Notes under the pieces: model-generated | Database searches by the model: none | Told to the model about the DNA's origin: nothing | The model's input: the letters and a program-made list of their open reading frames with translations, nothing else | From: Spirochaetia bacterium | GTDB lineage: Bacteria > Spirochaetota > Spirochaetia > SZUA-6 > Bin103 | Assembly (NCBI GenBank): GCA_965203905.1 | Contig: CBDBDQ010000005.1 | Span: 4,512,001-4,576,000, forward strand | Length of the DNA stretch: 64,000 nucleotides | Direction of reading: 5' to 3' | Program-made: the position numbers and the translations under genes | Part shown: positions 38,593 through 49,400 of the stretch, piece after piece | Layout of the letters: each line of letters starts with the position of its first letter | How positions within the stretch are numbered: the first letter of the stretch is position 1

Positions 38593-39699
38593 ATGTCCGA
38601 AAAAGCTGAGTATGACACGTTACTGGCCCATCTCGCATGGATGTTTGCATGCCGTCACGAGGACATCGCCGTGGAGGCCCTGGGATACATCCTTCAGTCA
38701 GAGTCCGCTCGCCGCGCGCTTGTGAAGCTGGCGCAGGACGCGGGAGCGGATCTCGACACAATTTCCAAAGTCCAGACACAAGCGATTGGCGACGATGCAT
38801 CGCGCCCTGATCTTGCTTGTACGGACCAATACGGTGATAACTGTCTTCTGATAGAAGCGAAATTCTGGGCCTACCTCACCAAGAATCAACCCAACTCATA
38901 CTTAGATCAACTCCCTGAGGGTAAGGCTCTTCTGTTCATCGCACCAGAAAAGAGAATTGGTACTCTTTGGGATGAACTTCAGAAAAAGACGTCCAGCTAT
39001 ACCTCACTTTCTATCCCAGGATCCGTGGTTAGTAGCCTGAGAACTCGCGAGAATAAGTTCCTGATGTTGACGAGTTGGGATCACCTGCTTGATCATCTGA
39101 GGAACTCCGTAGGCGCACAGCGAGAAGCAGAGATTCAACAACTGAGAGGACTCACAGCTGGAGCCGATACAACAGTTGAAAGGAAATTGGTGCCGGTTGG
39201 TCCCAACGAGCTCGACCTTGCAGGTCTGATCCGTGACGCCGCAGCAGGCGCAGCCACAGATGGCTACGCGATTACGTCCGGATTGAGAGCGACTCGTCGC
39301 CCGACAGGTTATGGTAAGTATCTGCTCGTTGCCGGCGCCGGAGCGTGGCTGGGAGTTGACACCAAGCACTGGGGATGCGATTCCGGGCCGAACACGCCTC
39401 TCTGGCTGCACTTTCAGCGCTGGACATCCGGGAGTCCCGAGTTGTCGGTCTCTTTTGACGAGGTATTACACTCATTCAAGGCACATGGCAAGAGTGATGC
39501 GCTTATTGACGGGAAGAACGTCTACGTTCCACTACCACTGCCCGAAGAGGTAAGAATCGATGAGGTGACCGATTTCGTGAAGCCGTTCAAGGGATCAAAG
39601 CAGATTCAGCCATTCCCGTATCCTGTGCAGTATGAAGAGGTTCTCAGGAAGGTTGTCGACGGCATCAAGGAAGTTGCCCGTGTCATCCGCGCTGGATGA
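38593..39699 (+). CDS. PD-(D/E)XK nuclease family protein
   Basis: ED helix, RPDL, LLIEAKF and NQPNSY; SD GAGGA; AT-richer than the backbone. Confidence 0.8.
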   Translation: MSEKAEYDTLLAHLAWMFACRHEDIAVEALGYILQSESARRALVKLAQDAGADLDTISKVQTQAIGDDASRPDLACTDQYGDNCLLIEAKFWAYLTKNQPNSYLDQLPEGKALLFIAPEKRIGTLWDELQKKTSSYTSLSIPGSVVSSLRTRENKFLMLTSWDHLLDHLRNSVGAQREAEIQQLRGLTAGADTTVERKLVPVGPNELDLAGLIRDAAAGAATDGYAITSGLRATRRPTGYGKYLLVAGAGAWLGVDTKHWGCDSGPNTPLWLHFQRWTSGSPELSVSFDEVLHSFKAHGKSDALIDGKNVYVPLPLPEEVRIDEVTDFVKPFKGSKQIQPFPYPVQYEEVLRKVVDGIKEVARVIRAG

Positions 39700-40584
39700 T
39701 CGGGCCAAGAGTGGAGTTGTGCTACCTGAACGGTAGTAGAGTAACATCTTTTTTTGGCTCTGTGTCGTATCCTTCGTGGCGGCTGGCAATCCAACCGGGG
39801 TATCGTTGGATGATTTCCGCCGCCGTAGGAATCAATCAGTGTATCAGTATGCGGGGAGTTCCCGCTTCAGCCCGTTGATCAGCAACGCGAGTAACCCAGA
39901 AACTGCTCAGCCACAAAGGGGTCGAGCTCTGTCGGAGCTGGCCATGAATCTGGGCGAAGATATGAATGACCGCCACCGCACCGTTGGAGGTAAAGCCGTC
40001 GAGTGGGATGCTGGCGATCGACTGTGCGCCGCCATCCGGCAGCAACAGATGGGCGAGGAGCGAGCTATGGTGACGGCCGCAAGTGCGACAAAGACCCATT
40101 TGGCAATGGCGGCACCGCGAAAAACGGTTGGTGACCGGTTGCGGGGACAGATTGTTGAGCATGAGCTTGGACCTCGGTACGGAGATGGTTCATCGCCCCC
40201 CCGGGGCGTGTCAATTCCCGTAGCGCTGTCGCTGCCGGCGCGACGCGATCGCGTAGCATGCGCGCACCGCCGCTACCGCCCGACATAGGTGCCGCGCTCG
40301 GCCATGAGCGCGAGCATCAAAGCCGGTTCACGCAGCCATCGCGCGCCGGCACGTGCTGAAGCGTTGTACTGGGACGCAGCGGATTCTTACCGAGCTACCG
40401 GATGACCGCCATCTGGCTCCGCACGTTGCGGCCGGCTGAGAGTTGGTTGCGGGGCAGCGCGGGGCGTACCGGCGCTTGACGCTCGTCGGCGTCAGTCGCA
40501 GGATGGGGAGGAACGGTTGCCTGCGCTGACTGGGTCTGAATACTCCTGCGATCCGGCGAACGTGGCACCGCTGAAGACGTCCAA

Positions 40585-43500
40585 ATGGCAGTTAACCTGA
40601 TCACCTGCGGTCCCACTGTCAACGAGAGCGAGCGACACGCCATCCAGCATCTCAAGGCAGGTCTCATTGGTCACGGCGGAAACGGGCAGTGGCTGCTGCT
40701 GACGAATCTCGCCTTTTCGGCGACTCATCGACTCCAATCCGACGAGATCGACATCGTCGCCATCGGGCCGCCCGGGGTTCGGGTAATCGAAGTCAAGCAC
40801 TGGGATGCGGCGTGGATCAACCGGAACACGGACTTGGTCGAACACGAAGCCGACCGGGTAACCAGCAAGGCGCGCAGGATCGGCACGAAGCTCCGCGCGA
40901 AGATCCCCGGCCTCCGGCACGTAGCGGGTGCATTCCTGGTGACTCGGCCCGCCACCAAGGACCAACCGCTCAGGAACGAGGAATTCCGGGGCGTGCGCGT
41001 CTACCCACTGAAAAGGTGGCGGGAAGCCGTTGGCTTCGACTTGCCGCAGGCGCTGTCGGCGCCGCAGATCGAGACGGCAGCGCGTGTCCTGGAGCCACGG
41101 AGCCGGGCTGCGATAGACGGCGAATTGCGGCGGTTGCCCGGTTCCGGTTACACCTCGCTCGAGTTGCAGACACCTGCTCACGAGCAGTTTCACCGTGTGT
41201 ATCGGGCGACACACGCCTCCCGGCGGGATCGCGTGATTCTCCACCTCTACGACTGGTCCGCGAGCGACGACCTAAAGAAGGCGGAGGTGAGGGCGCGCCG
41301 CGAGTTCGAGGCCTTGCACCGCTTGCAGCGACACAGTTGGGCACCGCGCATCATCGATTCGTTCCAGGACGTCCGCGGCTATCCCGGGGAGATAGCGTTT
41401 TTCACCGTGGCTGACCCGTCGGCGCCGTCCATCGCCGAACGTGCCAACGACAAGTCCTGGGATTCGGCGGCCCGGCTGGGTTTCGCCCGTAGCGCCATCC
41501 GTGCTCTGGCCGAACTGCACGAAACCGAGTCCGGCGGCGAGCCGATGCTGCATCGGAATCTGACGCCGAAAACGGTGCTGGTCAGGCATGACAATGCCGC
41601 GGTCCTTACTGGGTTCGAGCATGCCCGGATTCCAACTCAGGTCACGGTCGCCTCGTCGCCCTCCGCCACGGAGTGGGACGAGGCCGCCGCGCCCGAGGTG
41701 CGCGTGCAGGGCCGTGGGGCCGCTGACCGTCGCTCCGACACGTATTCCCTGTGCGCTTCACTCCAGATGTTATTCGCCGGACGCGAAGACGACGACAGCC
41801 GCGCCGCCGAGCGCGCCCTTGCTGGCGGTGCCGCGCACGAACCAGATGCGCGGAGCACATTGGCCCAACTGGACGCCGCGCTGAGCGAGATGCTTGGCGA
41901 AGACCCTCCCGCCCCGCCGCCGCCGCCGGCCCGGTACTGGACCGAGGATCAGGTCGTGCGTTTCGAGGGTCACGACTACCGGATCGTCGCTCGTCTCGGT
42001 TCCGGCGGCGTAGGGACGACGTTCAAGGTCGTCGAGATCGACCGCAGGACGAAAGAGGATCTGGGGACGTACGTCGCCAAGGTCGTGCACGAAGGCGAAA
42101 CCGCCGACCGCGTATTACGGACCCACCGGCTGGTTCGTTCCCATCTCCGCCATTCCGCGTTGTCCACCGTCTACCAGGTCGCTTCGGAGTGGCAGGACAA
42201 CGCGATCACCGTCCTGATGACGTGGATCGAAGGCGAACGGCTCGGCGAGTACACCGGGCTGATTAAGGAACTCGCGGACGACTACGGGAAAGAGTCCCGA
42301 GATGCTCTGGTGGTACGCTGGCTGAGGACGACGTGCGAGGCGCTGGGCGAGTTACACGCCAGCGGCCTGGTGCACGGCGACATCAGTCCCCGGAATCTGA
42401 TCCTGTCGGGATCTGACTTGGTTCTGACCGACTACGACTGCGTGACCAAGATAGGCGAACCGAGTGCGGTGCCGGGCACCGTGATGTATTGCTCGCCTCG
42501 CGCCGATGGCCACGTTGCGGCGCCGTCCGACGACCTCTACGCGTTGGCGGCGAGCATGTTTCACGTTCTGCTCGCCAGGGAACCGTTTCGGCGCGATGGC
42601 GACCTCGCTAAAGAACGCGGTTTGAACTGGACCGGCGTTGAACGCGCCGATTTCCCGGTGTTGTCAGCGTTTCTGGATCGAGCGACCGATCCGGATAGGG
42701 ACCGGCGATTCACACGTGCGACGGCGGCGCTGCAAGCGTTAGCTGCCGCTTCGTCGGCAACACCCCGGCCTGACGACTCGACATCCACCGAGGGAGAAGC
42801 TGAAAGAGAGACCGAGCAGCCACGCGTTCAACGGGAACGAACGGAAAACGAAGTGGCTTGGCTGCGCGACGTGCTGCAGTCCTACCCCGGTTCGCGGTGG
42901 GGCAACCGAGAAACGCGCGGCCTGGACAGCGAGTTTGCCGACCGCACCTACGTTGAAACCAAACTGGAACAGGCACTATACCGGGACCTCCAGAACGGCA
43001 ACGTCAGCTTGGTGGTCCTGTGCGGCAACGCTGGAGACGGAAAGACCGCCCTGCTTCAGAGACTCGCACAGCGCCTCGATCTCGGAGATCACAAGTCGTC
43101 GCGGCGTATCCTGGAGGGACAGACGCCGGCTGGATTGACTGTCCGTATGAATCTGGACGGGTCCGCGTCCTGGGAGGGGCGCACGTCGGACCAACTACTC
43201 GACGAGTTTCTGGAGCCGTTTCAGCACGGCCGGCCGAGCGAGAACATTGCCCACCTGCTAGCTATCAACGATGGCCGCTTGCTGGAATGGATCGAGGACC
43301 ACGAACAGAGTCAAGGTGGACCTACGCCGCTGACGCGATCGCTCACCACCGGTCTTGATGGTGGCCGGCAACGGGAGCACGACGCTCACGTCCGATTCGT
43401 GGACCTGAACCAGCGTTCGCTCGTGGGCGCCGTCACCCCAGACAGGACGAGAATCGAGACCGGCTTTCTCGACCGCTTGGTGGATGCGCTATACGGCGGC

Positions 43501-44643
43501 AAAGAGTCTGCGACGATCTGGGCACCGTGCCAAACGTGCTCGGCGCAGCACCGTTGCGAGGTGCTCCGTGCGACGCGTCTGTTTGCCCCCGACAGCCGCG
43601 CCGACGAGCGCGTTCGGAGCCGTGTCCGACAGCGGCTGTTCGAAGCGCTGCAGGCCGTTCACCTGCGCGGAGAGACGCACATCACCGTGCGCGAGTTGCG
43701 CGCGGCGCTGGTATACATCCTGTTCGGTGTTCACTTCTGCAGCGACTACCACTCCGGCGAACACACCGACGCGTTGGCACACTGGGATCGCGCATTCGAT
43801 CCTCAGTCGCCGGGTCGCCAGGGAGAAGTGCTGCGCGAACTGGCTCGCTTCGACCCCGCCCTCGACGCCCATCCGCACATCGACCGCGCTCTACTGCATC
43901 CGTCGACCATTGCCAGGGAGTTCAACGGCCCCGGGTTCCTCGACGCTTCTCGCGGAGCAGCCGAACGCCGCGCGCGGTTGGTGTCGGAGCGGCGCCGCGC
44001 GTACTTCGAGTGGCCCGAGTCGCGGATTGAGAGTCTGGCGGGAGATCCTGATGCACTGGGGCTCGCTCAAGGGCGTCATTTAAGCCAGTTCCGCGACTTG
44101 ACCATCGTCGACAACGCGTCCCGTGACCGGTTGGCTGCGCGTCTCTGTGAAGGAATCTCCCGACTCGAAGCCCTGCCTCCGCAGGCACTGAACCGTTCGG
44201 GTGCCGTGCCATTGCGCATCACGCCGCGAACGCCCACCGAGACCGCCTTCTGGGTCGAGAAGCAGGGCAGCGATTTCCGACTCGAGGTCGAGCTGCCCGG
44301 TACGCCGGACCTGGATCGACTTCACCGCCATGCGAAGCTGATTTACCGCTATCGGAACGGCTCCAATGAAGAACTGCTCCTCGGTGCCGAGCTGTTCCAC
44401 CTGCTGCTGGAGCTGGCCGACGGCTATCAACTGGGCGACGTCGCCACGGACGGCACGTTCGCTCATCTGTCGATCTTCGTCCAGCGCTTGGTGCGGGAGG
44501 ACGAACGGCGTGTGTTGGCATGGAGTCCCATGGCCGACGAAGCCGTCTTCGAAGTCGCTGCGGAGCATGGCGCCTCCGGGCGGCGTCAAACCCTGGCAAT
44601 TGGTCGGCGCGATTCGGGAGATTGGAATGGCGAAACCGGTTAA
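40585..44643 (+). CDS. NERD nuclease - pseudokinase - Ser/Thr kinase - P-loop ATPase multidomain protein (MAD6/DndF-like)
   Basis: NERD: EIDIVAIGPPGVRVIEVKHW. Kinase 1: HRNLTP/TGFE. Kinase 2: LGSGGVG, VAK, HGDISPRN, TDYD. Walker A GNAGDGKT, AINDGRL and CQTC..C. Confidence 0.88.
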   Translation: MAVNLITCGPTVNESERHAIQHLKAGLIGHGGNGQWLLLTNLAFSATHRLQSDEIDIVAIGPPGVRVIEVKHWDAAWINRNTDLVEHEADRVTSKARRIGTKLRAKIPGLRHVAGAFLVTRPATKDQPLRNEEFRGVRVYPLKRWREAVGFDLPQALSAPQIETAARVLEPRSRAAIDGELRRLPGSGYTSLELQTPAHEQFHRVYRATHASRRDRVILHLYDWSASDDLKKAEVRARREFEALHRLQRHSWAPRIIDSFQDVRGYPGEIAFFTVADPSAPSIAERANDKSWDSAARLGFARSAIRALAELHETESGGEPMLHRNLTPKTVLVRHDNAAVLTGFEHARIPTQVTVASSPSATEWDEAAAPEVRVQGRGAADRRSDTYSLCASLQMLFAGREDDDSRAAERALAGGAAHEPDARSTLAQLDAALSEMLGEDPPAPPPPPARYWTEDQVVRFEGHDYRIVARLGSGGVGTTFKVVEIDRRTKEDLGTYVAKVVHEGETADRVLRTHRLVRSHLRHSALSTVYQVASEWQDNAITVLMTWIEGERLGEYTGLIKELADDYGKESRDALVVRWLRTTCEALGELHASGLVHGDISPRNLILSGSDLVLTDYDCVTKIGEPSAVPGTVMYCSPRADGHVAAPSDDLYALAASMFHVLLAREPFRRDGDLAKERGLNWTGVERADFPVLSAFLDRATDPDRDRRFTRATAALQALAAASSATPRPDDSTSTEGEAERETEQPRVQRERTENEVAWLRDVLQSYPGSRWGNRETRGLDSEFADRTYVETKLEQALYRDLQNGNVSLVVLCGNAGDGKTALLQRLAQRLDLGDHKSSRRILEGQTPAGLTVRMNLDGSASWEGRTSDQLLDEFLEPFQHGRPSENIAHLLAINDGRLLEWIEDHEQSQGGPTPLTRSLTTGLDGGRQREHDAHVRFVDLNQRSLVGAVTPDRTRIETGFLDRLVDALYGGKESATIWAPCQTCSAQHRCEVLRATRLFAPDSRADERVRSRVRQRLFEALQAVHLRGETHITVRELRAALVYILFGVHFCSDYHSGEHTDALAHWDRAFDPQSPGRQGEVLRELARFDPALDAHPHIDRALLHPSTIAREFNGPGFLDASRGAAERRARLVSERRRAYFEWPESRIESLAGDPDALGLAQGRHLSQFRDLTIVDNASRDRLAARLCEGISRLEALPPQALNRSGAVPLRITPRTPTETAFWVEKQGSDFRLEVELPGTPDLDRLHRHAKLIYRYRNGSNEELLLGAELFHLLLELADGYQLGDVATDGTFAHLSIFVQRLVREDERRVLAWSPMADEAVFEVAAEHGASGRRQTLAIGRRDSGDWNGETG

Positions 44644-46447
44644 TCCGCGCGACATCGTCCGTGGCGTGTTGCCACGAAACATGGCAAAGGAGCTCTGGTC
44701 GGCGCGCTACGAAAAGGCACTCCCAATCACTTCCAACAGTTTCGAGCTCTCCGCAGTGTTGCCCGCGGTGTTGTACATGTTCAGATACGGACGACGTCGG
44801 GGAACGGGCGAATTCCTGAAGACGTTCGTTCCGGAAGGTGGTACTCCACCCGAGCGCCGGAGGAAGGCGACCGTCGAACGCGTCGCGAAGGCGCTGGCAT
44901 CGAGCGCGGACTTGCATGGTTTCGATGGCCAGGTCGAGCAGGCGGTGCTGGGTGACCTGTTGCTCTGTTTCTGTCTGGAGAATGCGAATCGGAGGCTGGG
45001 TCGGGACCAGCAGATTCAACGGGTTGCCGCGGCGCACTACCTGGCGAGCTGGGTCGACCTTCCAGAAAGAGTAACGGCACTCCGCTCCGTCCCCGAGATG
45101 ATCGTGGCGATGCTGGCAAATCAGTACGGCAATCACGTCGTGCCTACGCATCTCGATAGTCAAAAGACCTGGTTTGCGGTGGCACGCGGCGCTCAGGACA
45201 ACGTGTTGCTCCGTGCCTTCAGTCAAGGAGTAGCGCACCGAGGCGGTCCCCTGGATGATACGGCTTCCGATCGCTTCGATGAGAACCAGACGGTCGGTCT
45301 CGATCAACTCCTGATGATTCGCCTCGCACAGCAGTTGCCGAACGCTCCTGATCGACCACGAGGCAACGAAACCGAGAAGATCTCGAATCAACGTCCGATT
45401 GCCGAACAGACCGCCGAACACTTCTCCGAAGACATCCGCCTGTTTGTGCGAGCTTACGCAGCCACCACGCCGCGCTACATCTTCATTGACATGCTGGAGT
45501 CGTGCATGTCCACCGGCATGACGGCGATCCTGACAAGTGTCATCGAAATCCTGTTCGCATGGTCCGACACCGGTGCGGTACCGCCGAAGCACGAGCAGCG
45601 TCCCGCGAGCATCTTCGTGGATTGCTCGAACGGCGTCGATACCCGACTGCGCGGGCTGGCCGAACACTCCATGGACGATTTCATGCGACGTGTCGAGCGA
45701 GTCCCCGTTGTACTGATGATGCTCAGGCTGCTGGACTACACCGCGAAGCACAATCGGAAGATAAAGAAGCAGCAGATATCAACACTGCCGTACGCTACCA
45801 GATGGCTCAATCTGCTCGGAGACATCATGCATCGACGCCACGAAGAAGCGCCATTCATTCACCGCACGATGGACGACTACTGTGAAGCGCTTGCGGACGC
45901 GTTGGACGCTGAATACCCGGATGCGACCGAAGTGCTGCGTAACGATGCGAGCGAACCCAACTCGATTCGCCGCTTGGCCGCCGGCCTTACACCGCTCTTG
46001 GGATCGAGTCACCGTGGTAATTTGCTCGGGATGGTCGACTCGACGCTGCAAGTTGGCCGCCCCAATGGCTTGGCCCACAAGCGCCTCACCACTCGCGGTG
46101 CGAGTTCCGTGACGTCGGGACGCCGCCGCCGCGAAGTCCGATCGCTGCACCTTACCGACGCGGGGTTGGACTACCTCGTTCATCTGCACGTCTTGAGCAA
46201 GGAGCAGAGCCCCAAACAGCGTCGAATCTCGTTGCGATCGTTTATCGACACGATCCGCAAGCGCTACGGGTTCCACGTAGACGCAGCGCCGGAAGGAATG
46301 ACGATTTCCAACCAGTTGCTGGAGGTCAACCGCACGATTCTCGAGCGCCGGTTGCGTGATCTTGGCTTGCTCGTCGGTGTGAACGACGCCGAAGCCATGA
46401 AGCGGCTCAAGCCTCGTTTCCCGGTGGAGGATGGATGCCTACCGTGA
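44627..46447 (+). CDS. Hypothetical protein, MAD7/DndG-like
   Basis: 606 aa from ATG 44627; overlaps both neighbours. C-terminal winged-helix-like segment FIDTIRKRYG...LERRLRDLGLLVGVNDA. Confidence 0.75.
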   Translation: MAKPVNPRDIVRGVLPRNMAKELWSARYEKALPITSNSFELSAVLPAVLYMFRYGRRRGTGEFLKTFVPEGGTPPERRRKATVERVAKALASSADLHGFDGQVEQAVLGDLLLCFCLENANRRLGRDQQIQRVAAAHYLASWVDLPERVTALRSVPEMIVAMLANQYGNHVVPTHLDSQKTWFAVARGAQDNVLLRAFSQGVAHRGGPLDDTASDRFDENQTVGLDQLLMIRLAQQLPNAPDRPRGNETEKISNQRPIAEQTAEHFSEDIRLFVRAYAATTPRYIFIDMLESCMSTGMTAILTSVIEILFAWSDTGAVPPKHEQRPASIFVDCSNGVDTRLRGLAEHSMDDFMRRVERVPVVLMMLRLLDYTAKHNRKIKKQQISTLPYATRWLNLLGDIMHRRHEEAPFIHRTMDDYCEALADALDAEYPDATEVLRNDASEPNSIRRLAAGLTPLLGSSHRGNLLGMVDSTLQVGRPNGLAHKRLTTRGASSVTSGRRRREVRSLHLTDAGLDYLVHLHVLSKEQSPKQRRISLRSFIDTIRKRYGFHVDAAPEGMTISNQLLEVNRTILERRLRDLGLLVGVNDAEAMKRLKPRFPVEDGCLP

Positions 46448-49400
46448 CGTGGACCGCACTCCATGGCTCGCTTCTCGCTCGGGCGTTCGACAAGGTGCTC
46501 GGCCACCCGCAGCCAGGAGCCGTGGCCTTCGCACGCTGCCTGACGAAGGAAGTCGTACAGCAGCTCGCGATGGATTCTGCCTTCGATCTCGACTCGTGGA
46601 AGGTTTTTCGCGTTGCCGCCGTTCGGTCCGCTGAACGCACCATTACCGCTGACCGAGCCGTGGAGCTGCGCGAGAGCAAGGGCGACGCGCTGTTGCTCCT
46701 GGTCGACACTGTACGCGCGGGAGCCGGCATGGATGGCATTTACAGTGCCGCACGGGAGGTGGATGAGGCAACTTTGTTCCGCGAGGCGCGACGTCTGGCG
46801 CTGGCGACGATCACGAAGCGTCATTCCACCGCAACGCGCCGGTACGCGGAGGATGCGCTGAAGGCGGCGATCCGCACGTCCGGCGGCAGAGACGCGCTCC
46901 CGCCCTGGACGTCATTCGACTTCCTGTGCCGGATCGCCGCCGGCGAGCAGTCACCGGGAACGTACACACATGTTCTCGGACTGTGGCCCATTCGAGACAG
47001 CGCGGAGTCCAACCACGCTGACGACTTGCGCGACGCGCGGAAGTTTGTTGACGTTCTGTTAGGGCCGGCTGCCGCAAGTCTCGCGCCTGCCGCCCGCATC
47101 GACGCGCTACGCCTCGACGGCGACTCCGAACAGCAACGGGCTAGTCTGGAGCACTTCCTGCATGAGGTCGACGCCAAGCCTCTGCGTACGGCCCTCGAAG
47201 AGCTGGCGAAGCCAAACCAGCGGCACCTGTGGGTGGGTTCGCTGCGCACCGAAGGCCCGGCGCTTTCGATCAAGAGCATCGAGCTCACGCCGTGGCGTAA
47301 CGCGCACGGAAAGATTCATCGTTGGTCGGGGTTGGTAGACGACGGCGATGTCAATGACCCGCCGGCACTGATTCTGAGCGCAGACGCGGATCAACCGGGC
47401 GCTACGCTCGAGGTGCGGTGGAAGGTCGATCCCGGTGATCTCGAACGTAATGCGGTCGATTACCGTGTACAAGTCGTTACGGGAAACCTGAACGAGGAAC
47501 TTGCCTATAAGGACGTACCCCACTCCGCTCGAAAGACCGGTGAAAAGTGGCGCTTCAGCGGCGACGACTTCGCGCTTGATGAAGATGCGCAAGTTGCCGC
47601 CAAGGTGGTCGTTTCGGTCGTCGGAGATGAAAAGGTTGAGCGGCGGGAGAGTGAGGAGTTTTTCATCCGTTTTGGTGACGGACCCGATCCGCAGACCGGC
47701 GGGATCGGCGTCAGGGTTCGCGCCTTCAGCGAGGGCGTTGCCGCGCTGAGGAGCCGCGATGTGGTGTCGGAGATCGCGGAGGCCCCGCAGGTGGCGGCCG
47801 GCGGCAGGAGTTACGTTACGTTGCGCACACCGGTTGAGGGACGGCGGCGGCGAAGCTACCGGGTGTTGCGCTCCGCTCTGGTCGCTGAGGTCGAACGTGA
47901 TTGGAGCGCGCGCGAGGGTTGCGTCGGACGCTGGGTACTCAAGGTACGCGGCTCTGGTGAGTGGGCTCGCGGTCCTGACTTCTCGCCGATGGACAGCAGT
48001 GGCGCGGAATGGGATCGCGTCGAGAAGGCGAGCCGCAGAGTGGCCGCGCGATTTGCTACCACTTGCGGCGGCGTGGCACAAATCTACGACGAGCGCAGCA
48101 AGGCACATGACATCGTCAAGTTCTACCTGCGGGCATGGCTGGCTCTGCTGAGGAGCGGAGATCCGGCTTGCGCAATCTGCAATACCGTCGAGGTGCAGTC
48201 GCTGTCAGGTCGCACGATTGGATTGATCGTCCTTCCGGCCCACCCGTTGCGGATGGCGTGGCACGCTGCCTATGACAACCTCGTACTCCATGCGGCCTTC
48301 GAGCAGAGTGTCAGGCACAGCGACCTGCTGCGCGAATTGGCCGGACTCGACGGCGCGATGTTTCCGGCGTTCCTGCCCAACCCGCACGGTGGGGCGTTCG
48401 TGTTCGCCGACACCCTGGGTTTTCACGCGGTCGGTATGGTGCCGGACGACGACCGGGAGCCGAAGGCCGCGGTGGCGATGCTGGCACGTGCCGTGGGAGG
48501 CAGCGACGCGGCTGACAGCGCACCGAGCGTGGGCATGCAGAGCGCCGCGGTGCTCGGGAGCGAAGTGGTAAAGTACCTCGATTGCCATGACACGGCCCGA
48601 CTGTTGCGGATACACGCGCTGCGTGCCGGCGACGGTATGACCGTGGCGCGATCGCTCGGCACCGTTCAGGAGCACTACCAGGACGGCGAAGAAATTGAGG
48701 ACGACACCGATCAACTGAACACAACGGCGCCGGTGTTTTCGCTCGATCTGTATCCATCCGTGGCACAGCAGGGCATTACCGGGCGCTTCATTGCCGAAGC
48801 GCGCGAGAAACGGCGCAGCGGGGCCGGCGTGCTTGCCGAACAAGACCGCTGGATGCTGCAATCCGTGAGTCTTCCCGGCGGGGTCAACCAACCTCGCCTG
48901 CGCTGGGCGCGCAAAGACCAACAGGATCCGAACACGGCAGCGCACGTTGCCATCGCCTTCGATACGTTCGAGTCCCGCGTATCGCCCGATCCGGCAGTGT
49001 CACGCACGGCCCGACCACTTCACGCGTTCGGCCTGCTGTCGTTCTACGAACGTCAGTACGCGAGTCTGCCTGCGCCACAGTGGGTCAGTGCTGCCCCACC
49101 GGGTCACGGGGGCGAGAAGCACCCGTCGAGCCGGACGCACACCGATACGCTCCTGCGCCTGCAGCACGCGATACAACAGGCCGTGTCCAGCCACCTGGGC
49201 ATCACGGGCTTCCCGGTGCTGCGCACCGAGATCTCTGTGGAAATGGCAGACAGCCTCGACAAGTTGCATCGATTGTGCGACTGGGTAGTCACCTTGGACC
49301 GGAACGCCGGTGTCGAGTACTTCGACTCGCCGCGCGACAACCCGACGGTATACGACGCCTATATGATCGACTGCGTGCCGGAACGCGATGACCTTGGCTG

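Noticed and set aside
39776-40288. 170-aa ORF (and overlapping minus-strand ORFs) upstream of the defence operon
   Set aside because: No recognisable motif, SD or codon bias in any frame; treated as intergenic or decayed DNA.
40585-44643. BREX type 2 PglW (also NERD plus two kinases)
   Set aside because: This protein ends in a DndF-like P-loop ATPase, and no pglX/pglY/pglZ genes follow.
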